DNA of 56,050 nt from Candidatus Sodaliphilus aphodohippi (GTDB lineage Bacteria; Bacteroidota; Bacteroidia; Bacteroidales; Muribaculaceae). The stretch lies in the NCBI GenBank assembly GCA_018065665.1, contig JAGHSV010000034.1, forward strand, positions 1-56,050, read 5' to 3'. The position numbers and the translations under genes were made by a program. Of this stretch, positions 10,496 through 20,486 are shown piece by piece (position 1 is the stretch's first letter; each line of letters begins with the position of its first letter). The notes below the pieces were generated by a model, which saw nothing but the letters and a program-made list of their open reading frames with translations, searched no databases and was not told where the DNA came from.

Positions 10496-11514
10496 TGCTC
10501 TCGCGTCTGTTCACATTCCTGAAGGAATGGAAACTGCCGGTGGCTATGATCATCGGCGTGATAATGTATTTCATAATTGAGGCACTGCCCCTTGATGCCA
10601 CAACCACCGACTCGCTTTACTATGGCACGTCGCACTGGCTGCAGCCGTGTCTGATTTTCTCAATGCTATTCCTTGCATTTCTCCGGGTTGGGCTTCATGA
10701 ACTGCGTCCTCACCGTTGGCATGGCATGTTGTTACTGTGCCAGGGGCTGATGATGACTGCGTGCGCTCTTGTTGCTGCCGCACCGTGGCTCTCACCCACA
10801 GCCAAGATACTGATGGAGGGGGCGATGCTGTGCTTCATCTGCCCGACCGCCACTGCGGCTGCCGTCATCGTGCAGAAACTGGGTGGTTCTCTCTCGGGGT
10901 GCGCTTCTTATCTCATACTGTGCAACCTGCTTGTATCGGTACTTGCACCGCCGTTGCTCACCATGGTTGAGCCGCAGGTGGCGGTGTCCCACATCTCGTC
11001 GTCGCTGGTGCCGTCGTCGCTGGGCGGTGGCATGCTGGGCGTGGTGTTCATGATTATGGGCAAAGTTTTCCCGCTGCTGTTGTGCCCGCTCTTTGCCGCT
11101 CTGCTCGTTCGCCACTATGCCCCTGGACTGACCAGACGCTTGCTTCGTTCGCGCGACCTTGCGTTTTATATGTGGCTCGTGGCGTTAGCGTTGGCAATCA
11201 CCGTCACGGTGCGCACGATTGTTGACAGCAACATTAATATATATGTATTGCTTGGCCTTGCCTGTGTGTCACTGGCATGTTGTGCCGTCCAGTTTGCATG
11301 GGGCCGCCGCATCGGCAGCCGTTACGGTCTACATCCCGAGGACTGCCTCACTGCCGGTCAGGCCATGGGGCAGAAAAACACTGTCTTCATCATCTGGTTA
11401 GGCCTTATGTTCCTCAACCCGGTCACCTCGGTTGTGGGCGGCGTTTATAGTGTATGGCACAATGCCGTCAACTCCTGGCAACTGTACCGACACGACAAGG
11501 AGCAAGGACTCTGA
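10492..11514 (+). CDS. Bile acid:sodium symporter-family membrane transporter
   Basis: Multiple TM helices; CPTATAAAVI..KLGG and GQAMGQKNT motifs. Confidence 0.75.
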   Translation: MMLSRLFTFLKEWKLPVAMIIGVIMYFIIEALPLDATTTDSLYYGTSHWLQPCLIFSMLFLAFLRVGLHELRPHRWHGMLLLCQGLMMTACALVAAAPWLSPTAKILMEGAMLCFICPTATAAAVIVQKLGGSLSGCASYLILCNLLVSVLAPPLLTMVEPQVAVSHISSSLVPSSLGGGMLGVVFMIMGKVFPLLLCPLFAALLVRHYAPGLTRRLLRSRDLAFYMWLVALALAITVTVRTIVDSNINIYVLLGLACVSLACCAVQFAWGRRIGSRYGLHPEDCLTAGQAMGQKNTVFIIWLGLMFLNPVTSVVGGVYSVWHNAVNSWQLYRHDKEQGL

Positions 11515-11577
11515 TACCCCACGTCCCCTGGAGTGCGTCCCGTCCCGGTCGCGTCTGGAAGACGCTACATCGTGTGG

Positions 11578-12348
11578 TTATGGTCTTGTGGATTCTATCT
11601 GCTTGATGAGATCGTCAAGTTTTTTCTCGTGAGCCGGGGTGTAGCGGCGGTTCTCTTTCAGGTAGTGCTTGGCTGTCTCGATGGTGGCGATGACCTGGTC
11701 AATGGCCTCGGGGTGTGCTGCATAGTAGCTGCCCTTGGTCTTGTAGTCGGGCATGAGGCTGGTCACGTTGTTGTTGACGATGTACTCTACATCGCCGTTC
11801 ATGAGGTGGTTTGCGGCACGGTCTATGTAGTCCTGCGTGCTGTGCCGTTCACTGTCGTCGGGCGCCGCTGCGTCGGGATAGAGAATGTCGTCAATCAGCC
11901 ATTGGCCGTCAAGTTGTTTCATCACCAGCGTGAATCGTTTCCCTGCCGCTGTACCGCTGGCAAGCCTCATGTTGACCCGCGCGTTGCCGCCGTCAATGGC
12001 AATGCTGTCAATGGTATGGGTGCATCGGGTGGTGGCGAGGGTGCGAGCGTCGGCCATCTTGGCAGTCCAGTCAAACTCGCGGTAGAGGGTTCCCTCGGGG
12101 ATGCCGGCAACCAGCAGACGCGCCTCGCGGCTGAGTGACAGCAGTTCGGGTGTGAAGATGCTGTCGAGCGACGGCACGGTGTTCTGCTTCATGCCGTCGA
12201 CCACTGCCCGCAGTTGGTCGGGTGTGGTTGGTATGTTGGTCTCGTGGCGTGGTTTGGGCGACTGCTTGCCGTCGGTGTTGTCAGTGCCTGAGCAGCCTGC
12301 CAATGTCACAGCCATTATTGTCGCTATAATTATAAATAGGTGTTTCAT
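11578..12348 (-). CDS. Hypothetical lipoprotein (NTF2/DUF3828-like middle region)
   Basis: Lipobox LAGC; LVMKQLDGQWLIDDI motif. Confidence 0.6.
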   Translation of the reverse strand: MKHLFIIIATIMAVTLAGCSGTDNTDGKQSPKPRHETNIPTTPDQLRAVVDGMKQNTVPSLDSIFTPELLSLSREARLLVAGIPEGTLYREFDWTAKMADARTLATTRCTHTIDSIAIDGGNARVNMRLASGTAAGKRFTLVMKQLDGQWLIDDILYPDAAAPDDSERHSTQDYIDRAANHLMNGDVEYIVNNNVTSLMPDYKTKGSYYAAHPEAIDQVIATIETAKHYLKENRRYTPAHEKKLDDLIKQIESTRP

Positions 12349-12363
12349 TGGTCGGGTATGGGG

Positions 12364-12822
12364 TTACAAGTCACGTTCTTCAAAGCGTCCGATAGCGGTG
12401 CGCCAGTCATCGGGCACGGGTGCTGGCCGCATGGTATGCAGGTCAATGAACACCATGGTAGTCGCGCACGAGCATTTTGCCTCGCCTGTGTCGCTGTTGA
12501 TAATCTGCTGCTTCATCAGTATGCTCTTCTCGCCGATGGTGTCAACCTGGGTAACCACGGCAACGGGCTCGTGAAACAGCGTCTGGCACAGGAAGTCGAT
12601 GTTGACGTTGGCGATAATCATTGGCGGCCGTTTGTAGTCCTTCAGTTCGGGCATAATGCGGGTGAAGTAGTCGGTCTTGGCATGGTCCAGCAACTCGAAG
12701 TATCGGGTGTTGTTCAGGTGCCTCATCATGTCAATATCGTTCAGCCTCAACTGCATTGGGGTGCTGCATTTGAAAGGATGGGTTATCTCTACTGCGCCTT
12801 GGCGCTTTTTGTTGTCACTCAT
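12364..12822 (-). CDS. Acyl-CoA thioesterase (4HBT/hotdog)
   Basis: DIDMMRHLNNTRY motif; PVPDDWR C-terminus. Confidence 0.88.
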   Translation of the reverse strand: MSDNKKRQGAVEITHPFKCSTPMQLRLNDIDMMRHLNNTRYFELLDHAKTDYFTRIMPELKDYKRPPMIIANVNIDFLCQTLFHEPVAVVTQVDTIGEKSILMKQQIINSDTGEAKCSCATTMVFIDLHTMRPAPVPDDWRTAIGRFEERDL

Positions 12823-12831
12823 ATTATTATC

Positions 12832-13122
12832 TTAATAAAAAATGATTTCTTTTATTACCGGTTTACCGACAGCATCGTTGAGGTTCTTGATGATGATGCT
12901 GCGGTTCATTGTCAGTTCATTTCGAAGCGTGGCCGACGACAGCTGTATGTGCAACACTCCGTCCTTCACCCAGCGGTTGACGGTGTACCGATTGATGGCT
13001 GGACCCACCACCTGGGGCCACAGCGAGCATGCCTGCTGCTCGTTGAACTGTCCGTCGATGTGTTCCTCCTTGAGGTACTTGTTAATGATTTCGCCAATCG
13101 ACATTGCGTTGGTCTTTTTCAT
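12832..13122 (-). CDS. DUF721 / DciA-like protein
   Basis: Overlaps the recF stop; WPQVVGPAINRYT...LRNEL; ATG of MKKTNA at 13122. Confidence 0.82.
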   Translation of the reverse strand: MKKTNAMSIGEIINKYLKEEHIDGQFNEQQACSLWPQVVGPAINRYTVNRWVKDGVLHIQLSSATLRNELTMNRSIIIKNLNDAVGKPVIKEIIFY

Positions 13123-14234
13123 AGACGCACTGCCTCCTCGCAGTCGCTGGGAGTGCATACACCGTCAACAACGGTGAACATGCTGTGGTCACCGTCAAGG
13201 CGTTGCATGATTTCGTCGAGGTGGGTGCGGTTGGTGTCGGTAATGAAAATCTGTCCGAATCGGTCGCTGGCTACGATGTTGACAATGTTCTCGACACGCC
13301 GTGCATCCAGTTTGTCAAAGATATCGTCAAGCAGCAGGACGGGTGTTGTTGGCGTTGACTGGCGCAGGAACTCGTACTGTGCCAGACGCAGAGCGATGGT
13401 GAATGTCTTGCCCTGGCCTTGTGACCCGGTGCGGCGCATACTGTAGGTGCCCAGCATCATCTCCAGGTCGTCGCGGTGCGTTCCGTGTGAGGTGTAACCC
13501 AGAACCAGGTCGCGCTCGCGAGCCTGTGCCAACAGTTCGTCCATGGTGGAGTCGTTCAGGTGGCTGCTGTAACGCAGGTCCACCTTCTCGCCATCGCCGG
13601 CGATGGCGGCATAGAACTCGGCAAAGATGGGTTTGAACTTCTCAACCCACTGTCGCCGCACGTTGTGGATATATGATGCACATTGGCACATGGCAGCCTC
13701 GACGGTCTCATACAATAACGGGTCGCGCATCTGGTTGCGAAGCATCGAGTTGCGCTGTTCAAGTGCTCTGTTGTAGCGAATGAGGCTGTCAAGGAACTGT
13801 TTGTCGCCCTGCGAGATAATCTGATCCATGAAACGGCGTCGCTCATCGCTGGCCCCGCTGATTAGCGTCCAGTCAATGGGCGAGACCATAACCACCGGCA
13901 GCAACCCTATGTGTTGGCTTTGCCTCTGGTACTCCTTGCCTCCGCGTTTAACCACCTTGTGTTTGCCGCGCTGCGCACTGATGACGATGTCCTCCTCGGT
14001 GTTGCGTCTGGTATAGTGCCCCTGCAGCATCAGGAACTGCTCGCCGTGGCGAATGGTGTTGGCATCGGTCTGTGACCCAAAACTCTTGCAGAAACTGAGG
14101 TAGTAAATAGCGTCGAGCACATTGGTTTTACCCATTCCGTTGTTGCCAATCAGGCAATTAACGTTGGGCGAGAAGCGCAGTTGCGCCTCGGCGATGTTCT
14201 TGTAATTGAGTATCGAGAGTTGGTTCAGTATCAT
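13119..14234 (-). CDS. recF: DNA replication and repair protein RecF
   Basis: GNNGMGKTN, GSQGQGK, LLLDDIFDKLD. Confidence 0.96.
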   Translation of the reverse strand: MILNQLSILNYKNIAEAQLRFSPNVNCLIGNNGMGKTNVLDAIYYLSFCKSFGSQTDANTIRHGEQFLMLQGHYTRRNTEEDIVISAQRGKHKVVKRGGKEYQRQSQHIGLLPVVMVSPIDWTLISGASDERRRFMDQIISQGDKQFLDSLIRYNRALEQRNSMLRNQMRDPLLYETVEAAMCQCASYIHNVRRQWVEKFKPIFAEFYAAIAGDGEKVDLRYSSHLNDSTMDELLAQARERDLVLGYTSHGTHRDDLEMMLGTYSMRRTGSQGQGKTFTIALRLAQYEFLRQSTPTTPVLLLDDIFDKLDARRVENIVNIVASDRFGQIFITDTNRTHLDEIMQRLDGDHSMFTVVDGVCTPSDCEEAVRL

Positions 14235-14331
14235 TATTTATACCCAGCAGTAATGAAATTCGCCACAAAAATACACATTTTTTTTGTCAGTTCAAAAAAT
14301 ATTATTACCTTTGCAACGCTTTTGGAGACAT

Positions 14332-14414
14332 GGGTAGATTCCAGAGTGGCCAAATGGGGCAGACTGTAAATCTGCTGTCTTATGACTTCGGTGGTTCGAA
14401 TCCATCTCTACCCA
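14332..14414 (+). tRNA. tRNA-Tyr(GTA)
   Basis: GGGTAGA/TCTACCC acceptor stem, GCAGA-CTGTAAA-TCTGC anticodon arm, long variable arm, GGTTCGAATCC T-loop; TACCTTTG promoter upstream. Confidence 0.97.
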
Positions 14415-14415
14415 C

Positions 14416-14448
14416 AGAGTCGGTTGCACGTGCAATCGACTCTTTTTT
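14416..14448 (+). terminator. Terminator after tRNA-Tyr
   Basis: AGAGTCGGTTGC...GCAATCGACTCT followed by a T tract. Confidence 0.8.
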
Positions 14449-14586
14449 TATGTTGATATGTCGCCAGATGGTATCGGGAATACCGAAAAACTGTTTGTCT
14501 TCGCCCTCGGTAGCATTGCGGGAGTCATTTTTTTTGAGTAACTTTGCAATGCCAACAATGGCAAATCAATGCAAACCAAATATATT

Positions 14587-15045
14587 ATGGAACAACTTAT
14601 ACTGCAGCCCGGCAAGCCCGTGGCACTGTGCAGCGATCACGCCGGTTGGGCTACCAAGCAGGTTGTAATCGCGTTACTCGAGAAAGAAGGCATTGCCTAT
14701 AAGGACTTTGGCACCTACAGCGAGGACAGCTGTGACTATCCAGACTTTGCCCATCCCTGTGCGCTGGCAGTCGAACGCGGCGAGTGCTATCCCGGTATCG
14801 CTATCTGCGGTAGCGGTGAGGGCATCAACATGACGGTCAACAAACATCAGGGCATACGCTCAGCGTTGTGCTGGATTCCCGAGATTGCCTCACTGGCACG
14901 CCAGCACAATGATGCCAATATCCTGGCAATGCCCGGGCGTTTTCTCAGTCCCGCCGAGGCCGAGGCCATCGTGACCACCTTCCTGACCACACCCTTTGAG
15001 GGCGGGCGTCACCAGCGCCGCATCGACAAGATTCCGGTGAAGTGA
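14587..15045 (+). CDS. rpiB: Ribose 5-phosphate isomerase B
   Basis: SDHAG, DYPD, CGSGEG, ARQHNDAN, FEGGRHQRR. Confidence 0.95.
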   Translation: MEQLILQPGKPVALCSDHAGWATKQVVIALLEKEGIAYKDFGTYSEDSCDYPDFAHPCALAVERGECYPGIAICGSGEGINMTVNKHQGIRSALCWIPEIASLARQHNDANILAMPGRFLSPAEAEAIVTTFLTTPFEGGRHQRRIDKIPVK

Positions 15046-15443
15046 CTCCGTCACTCGTCTTGACGGGTTGAGTGAGGTCTGGCCCCACTGGGGGTTATAT
15101 GCAACGAACCGCCAAAGCGTTCGTTGAGTATGGGGCATCCGCCCCAGAAAATGATTGTGCAAAATGTATAAAATTGCAAAATCATTTTTATATTACAGGC
15201 AAAAACACCTTTTGATTTGTTAGAATATTGTGCCAAAACATAAGAAAAACCAATATTTTTGAAAATAACGACAAAAAAATCTTATATTTGTTGGAATGTT
15301 AAAATTAAATTGCTAACTTTGCGATATCACGACATAGGAATTGTATAAAAGTATAATGATGTATTAATTCAAATGTCACAAAATAGGGACTCATATTTTT
15401 ATGGGTGACACACATAAACATTATTTTAACAGTTTATTTTAAA

Positions 15444-15916
15444 ATGAGAGAAAAAGATAAACGCATAGAACTTTTGGTCGGAATTATCACGACCAATAGC
15501 ATTGGAAGCCAGGAGAGTTGAGGGCGATGCTGGCCAAGCAGGGATGTAAAGTGACCCAGGCAACACTGTCACGTGATTTGAAAATGATGAAAGCCGTCCG
15601 CACGCCAACGCCCACAGGAGGCTATCGCTATGTCTTGCCCGAGGGTAATCTCGAAGACTACGGGTTATCGGGATGGTCATCGACCGGTAACGATTCTTTA
15701 TCAATCGAAGTGACGGGCAACTTGGCAGTTATCAGAACCATACCCGGGCACAGCATTGGCATTGGCATTGGCATTGCCAAGCACCTTGATTCGGTACAGT
15801 TGCCCGAGGTGTTGACATCAATCGTATGCCCGGCCTCAGTCATTGCCGTGTTGCGTGAGAATGTTTCAAAACAGCATGCCATTGACGTTCTCAAGAAAGC
15901 CCTGATGAACACCTGA
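15444..15916 (+). pseudogene. argR: Arginine repressor, frameshifted
   Basis: ATG 15444 reads MREKDKRIELLVGIITTNSIGSQES* (stop 15519-15521); another frame continues LRAMLAKQGCKVTQATLSRDLK, the ArgR signature; consistent with one base missing near 15513-15517. Confidence 0.85.
15753..15776 (+). repeat. (GCATTG)x4 microsatellite within argR
   Basis: Four perfect hexamers encoding SIGIGIGIA. Confidence 0.9.
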
Positions 15917-16072
15917 CAGACTTTTTCTCCAAACAACAAGATAAAACCGAACCGCTCTTCCCGACAAACAACTGGAGAGCGGTTCTTATGTTTTTAGGTA
16001 CTGTCATTCTTTGATATTTTCCTTTTTTTGTGTAACTTTGCACCATAAGATAATTAACAACCCGCAAATACA

Positions 16073-18187
16073 ATGAAACAATTAATCATGAGCACGATTC
16101 TCTTGGCCGGTGCCGCCATGGCGACCCAGGCCCAGAACATCAAGTATCCCGACACCCGGCGTGTCGACACCGTTGACGTCTATTTTGGCACCAAGGTTGC
16201 CGACCCCTATCGCTGGCTTGAGGACGATCACAGCGCCGAGACCGCACAGTGGGTCAAGGAGCAGAACGCCATCACCAACAACTACCTGCAGCACATTCCG
16301 TGCCGCAAAGATGTGAAGAAACGCCTGACCGAACTCTTCAACTACGAGAAAATGGGCATACCGTTCAAAGTAAAGGGGAAATACTATATATATAAGAACG
16401 ACGGCCTGCAAAACCAGAGCGTGCTCTATGTCAAGGACAAACTCGACGGCGAGGCACGCGTGGTGCTCGACCCCAACAAGTTGAGCGATGACGGCACCGT
16501 GGCGTTATACTCCGTTGACTTCTCTAACGACGGACGCTACCTGGCATATACCATCACCCGCAACGGCAGCGACTGGTGTGAGATTTATGTGCTTGACCTG
16601 ACAACGGGCAAAACCCTTGAAGACCACATCATGTGGGCCAAGTTTACCGGTGCACAGTGGCTGGGCGACGGATTCTTCTATAGCTGCTATGACGCCCCCG
16701 AGAGCGAACTGACATCAAAGAACGAGTGCCAGAAGGTGTGCTACCACAAACTGGGAACGCCCCAGAGCGAAGACTACCTCGAGTACTGCGACAAGAGCCA
16801 ACCCCAGATGTTCTACATGTCGATGGTTGACGACAACGAGCGTTTTATCTTTCTGACAGAGTGTCCCGGCGAGGGCAACGGACTGTTTGTCAAAGACCTC
16901 AAGGACCGTAACCCCCACTATGTGCGTATTGCCCCGACCGACAACTCCACCAACGAGGTGGTGGGCATTGACGACAACCGCATCTATATAAAGACCAACA
17001 AGAATGCCCCGCAGTGGAAAATCGTCGCTTATGACATCAACCACCTGGGGCTGAACAACACCGACTTTATCCCCGAGTCGGACGCCGTCATTGCTGGTGC
17101 CCAGCAGGCCAGCGACAAGTTCATTATCAACTATGAGCGCGACGCGTCGACCCAACTCGCCATCTTTGACCGTAACGGCACCAAGACCGGCGAGATTGCG
17201 CTGCCCGCCATCGGCGCGGTCGGTTTGTGGAGCGACGACAAGAATACCGAGGTGTTCTACAACTTCACCAACTTCACCACCCCCGGCACCATCTACTCCT
17301 ATGACATGGCAACCAACACGTCAAAGCAGCTTTTTGCTCCCCGCGTTGCCTTCAACCCCGCCGACTTCGAGACCGAGCAGGTGTTCTTTACCAGCAAGGA
17401 CGGCACTCGCGTGCCCATGTTCCTTGTCCACAAGAAAGGTCTGAAGCGTGACGGCAAGCGTCCGGTACTCATCTATGGCTACGGCGGTTTCAATATCAGC
17501 ATGACGCCGGGCTTCAGCACCAGCCGCATCCCTCTGCTCGAGGCAGACGGTATCTATGCCGTTGTCAACCTGCGTGGCGGCAGCGAGTATGGCGAGAAGT
17601 GGCACGAGGCCGGCACCAAGATGAAAAAGCAGAACGTGTTTGACGACTTTATCAGCGCTGCCGAGTATCTCATCAAGGAGGGCTATACGGCAGCCGGCAA
17701 GATTGCCTGCAACGGAGGCAGCAACGGCGGACTGCTTGTTGGAGCCGTTGTCAACCAGCGCCCCGACCTCTACGGCGCCGCCGTTCCCCAGGTGGGCGTG
17801 ATGGACATGCTGCGCTACCACCGCTTCACCGTTGGCTGGAACTGGGCGAGCGACTATGGCCGCAGCGACGACTCAAAGGAGATGTTCGAGTACCTGAGGA
17901 GCTACTCACCGCTGCACACCATCAAGAACGACGGAACCAAGTATCCCCCGATTCTTGTCACCAGCGCCGACCACGACGACCGCGTAGTGCCTGCCCACTC
18001 GTTCAAATATGCCGCAACACTGCAGGCCAGCAACACCGGTAACGCCGTTAAAATCATCCGCATCGACAGCAATGCGGGCCATGGACACGGCAAACCCGTC
18101 GCAAAGGCCATCGAGGAGAGCGCCGACATCATGTCGTTTGTCCTCCACAACCTTGGCGTGAAGTACCGCTATAAAAAACAGAAATAA
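16073..18187 (+). CDS. Prolyl oligopeptidase (S9A)
   Basis: DPYRWLED, GGSNGGLL (Ser), DHDDRV (Asp), AGHG (His); signal peptide. Confidence 0.96.
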   Translation: MKQLIMSTILLAGAAMATQAQNIKYPDTRRVDTVDVYFGTKVADPYRWLEDDHSAETAQWVKEQNAITNNYLQHIPCRKDVKKRLTELFNYEKMGIPFKVKGKYYIYKNDGLQNQSVLYVKDKLDGEARVVLDPNKLSDDGTVALYSVDFSNDGRYLAYTITRNGSDWCEIYVLDLTTGKTLEDHIMWAKFTGAQWLGDGFFYSCYDAPESELTSKNECQKVCYHKLGTPQSEDYLEYCDKSQPQMFYMSMVDDNERFIFLTECPGEGNGLFVKDLKDRNPHYVRIAPTDNSTNEVVGIDDNRIYIKTNKNAPQWKIVAYDINHLGLNNTDFIPESDAVIAGAQQASDKFIINYERDASTQLAIFDRNGTKTGEIALPAIGAVGLWSDDKNTEVFYNFTNFTTPGTIYSYDMATNTSKQLFAPRVAFNPADFETEQVFFTSKDGTRVPMFLVHKKGLKRDGKRPVLIYGYGGFNISMTPGFSTSRIPLLEADGIYAVVNLRGGSEYGEKWHEAGTKMKKQNVFDDFISAAEYLIKEGYTAAGKIACNGGSNGGLLVGAVVNQRPDLYGAAVPQVGVMDMLRYHRFTVGWNWASDYGRSDDSKEMFEYLRSYSPLHTIKNDGTKYPPILVTSADHDDRVVPAHSFKYAATLQASNTGNAVKIIRIDSNAGHGHGKPVAKAIEESADIMSFVLHNLGVKYRYKKQK

Positions 18188-18251
18188 TACCTGTACCGGT
18201 CAATATATTTAATGAGAATCTGAATATCAATAACAACTAAAATACTTGACA

Positions 18252-20486
18252 ATGAAAAAAATTATCTTATTAGCCACGATGCTACTGTCAGTTGCCGTTG
18301 CATCGGCCCGGGTTCAGTCGCCTGTTGACTGTGTAAATCCACTTATTGGTGCATCAGAAAACGGTGACGGAGGCACTTCGCCCTTTGTGAGTCCTCCTTA
18401 CGCAATGACCAACTTCACCGCACAGACATGGGAGAACCGAATCGGTGACATGCCCTATTACTACGAGGACCCGACCATCATCGGCTTCCTTGCCACACAC
18501 CAGCCATCGGTATGGATGGGCGACTACGGTTATGTGTCGCTGATGCCGCAAACAGGCAAGGATGTTAAAACTGCCGCCAACGAGAGGGCGATGAAGTTCA
18601 GCCACAAGGACGAGAAGGCCACCCCCTACCGCTACAGCGTTGTCATGCAGAGCAACGAAGGCAAGGTAAAGGGCGAAATCACTGCGTCGGCGCGCTGTGC
18701 GCTGATGCGGTTCACATTCCCCGGCAAGGGCATGCAAAGAATCATCGTGCAGGGTATCAACCTGGACCCGTCCAAGACCGACTTCTGCAACCGATATGAC
18801 CGCCGCCTAAAGACTTTGCGCGGATGGATGAAGGTAGTCCCCGAGAAAAACGAGATTATCGGATACAACCCCGACCGACAGTCTGACCCGTTCGGACCCG
18901 AAATGCCCAACTTCAACGGATATTTCGTCATCCGTTTTGACAAACCCATCAAGGGGTTCGGCACCTGGAGCGACAACTGCGTCTATCGCGACAAGAACGA
19001 GCAGACCGGTACCCGTATGGGGGCGTTTGCCGAGTTTGACGCCGCCGGGAAGGCCGTTACCGTGCAGGTGGCAACATCATTCATCAGCATTGAGCAGGCA
19101 CGCGAGAACCTCGCCAAGGAAGTGCCCGGATGGGACATGGAACAGCTTGCCACGACTACACGCAACGCGTGGAACAAGGTGCTGGGCAACCTCACCGTCG
19201 AGGGGGCAACACCCGACCAGGCTGCTATATTCTACACAGCGCTCTACCACAACTACCAATTGCCGCGCGAGATGGGCGAGTACGGACGCTACTACAGCGC
19301 CATGGACGACAAAATCCACGAGGGCAACTCCTACAACGACTTCTCGCTGTGGGACACCTTCCGTTGCACACACCCGCTGCTCACGCTGCTCGAGCCCAAA
19401 CTGACCGGTGACTTCATCACAGCACTCCTGCAGATGTACCGTGAGGGTGGATGGCTGCCCATGTGGCCCAACCCGTCATACACCAACGTGATGATTGGCA
19501 CCCACTCCGACGTCGTCATCGCCGACGCCTACATGAAGGGCATCCGCAACTATGACGTAAACCTTGCCTACGAGGCAATGCGCAAGGATGCCATGCTGCC
19601 GCCCGACGGCGATACACAGCGACGCTTTGCCGACCGCGACCAGTGGGAAGGATTTGAGGGCCGAGCCGGTGCCAGCTACTACCACAGCCTGGGATACATC
19701 CCCTACGACCGTACTGCCGAGAGCGTGTCGCGTACCCTGGAGTATGCACTCGACGACTGGTGCATCGCACAGGTGGCACAAGACCTGGGCAAGACCGATG
19801 ACTACAACAAACTGATGAATTGGTCTCAGAACTACCGCAATGTGTATAACAAGGAGAAGGGTTTCATGCTGCCACGCGACTTCAACGGCAACTGGAAAGA
19901 CCTTGACGACAATGGGCGGGTTGGCTTAACCGAAGGCTCAAAGTGGACCTATCTTTTCTGTGTCATGCAGGACGTTCCGGGCATGATCGAGATGATGGGA
20001 GGCAACGAAGCTTTCAAGAAGAAACTCGACCAGAACTTTGAGGGCGGCTACTACCGCCACGACAACGAACCGGGACACCACTACATCTACCTCTACGACT
20101 ACTGCGGTGCACCGCGCAAGTGCCAGGAACTCGTGCGCAAGCACACCCGCATCAACTACCGCAACGCGCCCGACGGCCTCAACGGCAACGACGACTGCGG
20201 ACAGATGTCGGCTTGGTACCTGTTCTCGGTAATGGGCTCCTATCCCGTCACTCCGGCAAGCAACATCTTTGCACTGGGAGCGCCCCAGTTCCCCCGCATC
20301 ACCATGCAAATCACCTCGGGCGACGGCAAGGATACACATCCGCTCGTTATCGAGGCACGCAACATCAGCGAGACAAACATGTATGTTGACCATGTCGAGA
20401 TTGACGGCAAGCGCCACGAGGGCAATTTCATCACCTATGCCCAACTGCTTGCTGCACGCAACATAACCTTCTTCATGACCAAGTAA
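18252..20486 (+). CDS. GH92 glycoside hydrolase, copy 2
   Basis: Same GH92 motifs as copy 1 (FSLWDTFRC, LTEG, DNEPGHH, GNDDCGQMSAWY); ATG at 18252, alternative TTG at 18246. Confidence 0.93.
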   Translation: MKKIILLATMLLSVAVASARVQSPVDCVNPLIGASENGDGGTSPFVSPPYAMTNFTAQTWENRIGDMPYYYEDPTIIGFLATHQPSVWMGDYGYVSLMPQTGKDVKTAANERAMKFSHKDEKATPYRYSVVMQSNEGKVKGEITASARCALMRFTFPGKGMQRIIVQGINLDPSKTDFCNRYDRRLKTLRGWMKVVPEKNEIIGYNPDRQSDPFGPEMPNFNGYFVIRFDKPIKGFGTWSDNCVYRDKNEQTGTRMGAFAEFDAAGKAVTVQVATSFISIEQARENLAKEVPGWDMEQLATTTRNAWNKVLGNLTVEGATPDQAAIFYTALYHNYQLPREMGEYGRYYSAMDDKIHEGNSYNDFSLWDTFRCTHPLLTLLEPKLTGDFITALLQMYREGGWLPMWPNPSYTNVMIGTHSDVVIADAYMKGIRNYDVNLAYEAMRKDAMLPPDGDTQRRFADRDQWEGFEGRAGASYYHSLGYIPYDRTAESVSRTLEYALDDWCIAQVAQDLGKTDDYNKLMNWSQNYRNVYNKEKGFMLPRDFNGNWKDLDDNGRVGLTEGSKWTYLFCVMQDVPGMIEMMGGNEAFKKKLDQNFEGGYYRHDNEPGHHYIYLYDYCGAPRKCQELVRKHTRINYRNAPDGLNGNDDCGQMSAWYLFSVMGSYPVTPASNIFALGAPQFPRITMQITSGDGKDTHPLVIEARNISETNMYVDHVEIDGKRHEGNFITYAQLLAARNITFFMTK

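Noticed and set aside
14332-14414. tRNA-Tyr as an island integration site
   Set aside because: No duplicated tRNA 3' end or integrase seen; flanked by recF and rpiB
15340-15375. ARG boxes upstream of argR
   Set aside because: AT-rich sequence only loosely resembles the palindrome and cannot be distinguished from background by eye
15510-15521. Programmed frameshift in argR
   Set aside because: No canonical slippery heptamer or homopolymer at the site; a simple deletion or sequencing error is more parsimonious
1063-20486. Diversity-generating retroelement or shufflon explaining the GH92 similarity
   Set aside because: Differences are not adenine-specific, and no reverse transcriptase or site-specific recombinase is present in the window
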